Source of the DNA: Chlorokybus atmophyticus | Taxonomy: Eukaryota; Plantae; Mesostigma and Chlorokybus algae | Length of the DNA stretch: 64,000 nucleotides | Reading direction: 5' to 3' | NCBI GenBank assembly: GCA_009103225.1 | Contig: RHPI01001559.1 | Coordinates: 190,274-254,273, forward strand | Part shown: positions 62,559 to 64,000 of the stretch, piece by piece | Numbering within the stretch: the stretch's first letter is position 1 | Layout: every line of letters begins with the position of its first letter | Notes under the pieces: generated by a model | Seen by the model: the letters and a program-made list of their open reading frames with translations, nothing else | What the model was told of the DNA's origin: nothing | Database searches by the model: none | Made by a program: the position numbers and the translations under genes

Positions 62559-64000
62559 ATGGACCTCATGGCTAGCAAGCTGCTTGAGGAGGTGTTCTCT
62601 CTTCTGGGTGGGCGCGAGCTGGCGCGGTGCGCCAACGTCTGTCGCGCCTGGCGGCGGGCGTCGCAGAAAGAGAAGCTCTGGGAAAGACTCTGCCTGCGCT
62701 ACCCTGTAGCCGAGGAGGTGTGTGATCACTGGCTTGTTGGAAGAAGCGTTTAATCAACAAAGCAATGTGATGAGTTTTAATCAGGCCAGGTGATTTGTCC
62801 TAGATGTCCGCTTGTCGTGTTTGTGCTTAAAAGTTGCAGTGTCCACAATGCGAGGTAGTGTTGCATGACATATGCCACTTGGCTTTAGCAGCTTGAGCCG
62901 TAAGCCACTTAACTAAGGCAAGTAGCATGTAGGTCATGTGAAGCTGTTCTGCGCCATGACGTCCATGACACATGTGCAGATGTTGATTGTATGCACGCTT
63001 ATGACCGCATGTGCACACAGCTGCGCTGTGTGCCAGATCAACGGTCCCCACGCCAGTGCTCAGCGCACAAACGCAACAATCAATGGTTGTTATTTTAGGA
63101 TCCAAGAGGCTTCAAAGTTTGCTATTTGTGTATGTGCATACGCGTGTGCACGTCCATGCATGCGTACATGCGTGTGAGGATGTGTGCTAAGCATAGAGTG
63201 TGTGCACGCGCATGTGACCGCACAAATGGCTACCTCAACAACAGCACTATAATTGCAGTACTATGCCTTTAGTGTCCAACTTATAACTCTAACTCAACCA
63301 AACATATTGATCTGTGCACAGTCTAGTAGACTTTCCACAGAATGCCGAGCAACTGCCAGTGAGGAGCAGCGTATTTCCGGACGTCTTGTTGGCAACCTTG
63401 CTTGTCAACTAAACCAAATCAAAGTGTGCCTCTCTTAGGTGTATGACAAGATAGGTACTGGGTACCAGAGGTTGTATGCACAGTTTCATCACGCACGCTA
63501 CCCGCTCATAGGCAACCGTAAACCTGAGTTAAAAGACTACCTGTTTACCATTACTGTGGTGGTGGATCAAGTTGTTTGCTGGGATGCCGCGGAACAGGAC
63601 ATTGTGGTGGTGGATCAAGTTGATTACTGCAACGCCGCAGAACAGGTAAGCCAGGAGAAGCACATTCTCATGTTGGTCGCAGAAGTTGAACTAAAGAGAT
63701 GGTCTGTCTGTTTTGCAGCTGCAGTCACTGGCCATGTCTTTTGGTGATGACTACGAAGAGTGCCGCCTGCTGTTGAAAGAGCCAAGAGACCTTGCTGACA
63801 ACGTCGCTGTTGTGGTGCAAGCTGTACGGCGCAAAGACGGCATGTCTGTTTCATCATGATCCTGATACAGATGTTGATCGTTGCAAAGTTGATGATTGGC
63901 ATGACGAAGAGGTGGGCGACGGCGTAGTGATTGTCACTGCTAGCGGGCGCGGGTTGGAGTGGGGATCACAAGTTGTCCAATGCTCGGTGGAATCTCTTGT
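62559..64000 (+). pseudogene. F-box family paralog I, runs off the window
   Basis: MDLMASKLLEEVFSLLGGRELARCANVCRAW...; exon 2 (63439-63645) has an internal duplication of about 45 bp; exon 3 is frameshifted at KDG-MSVSS* by a short deletion in GGCAAGATGGCATG. Confidence 0.8.

Overview
Eukaryotic, intron-rich DNA, most likely a chlorophyte green alga (GT-AG introns full of TGCA/CA-TG repeats, TGTAA poly(A)-type motif downstream of a gene); not prokaryotic, no CRISPR or rRNA. Host genes: a partial unknown gene (-), a large coiled-coil gene with a C-terminal WHPDKF J-like domain (5.6-11.5 kb), a WD40 gene (47-50 kb) and nine paralogous F-box genes with a shared unrecognised C-terminal domain, each of which carries a visible lesion. 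Between 24.9 and 44.5 kb lies a nest of transposons: a broken Plavaka/CMC transposase, two diverged copies of a CACAC-ended non-autonomous element, an apparently intact pogo, a hAT, a MITE, solo LTRs and a decayed Ty3/Gypsy-like element. Best candidate for a new system: that LTR element reads LTR-PBS-gag(CCHC)-protease-Tudor-like domain-complete phage-type C5 DNA cytosine methyltransferase on one strand (now a pseudogene). Second: pogo and hAT each inserted into the same tRNA-like A/B-box site of the two sister elements. All protein family calls come from motif recognition by eye, not from database searches.
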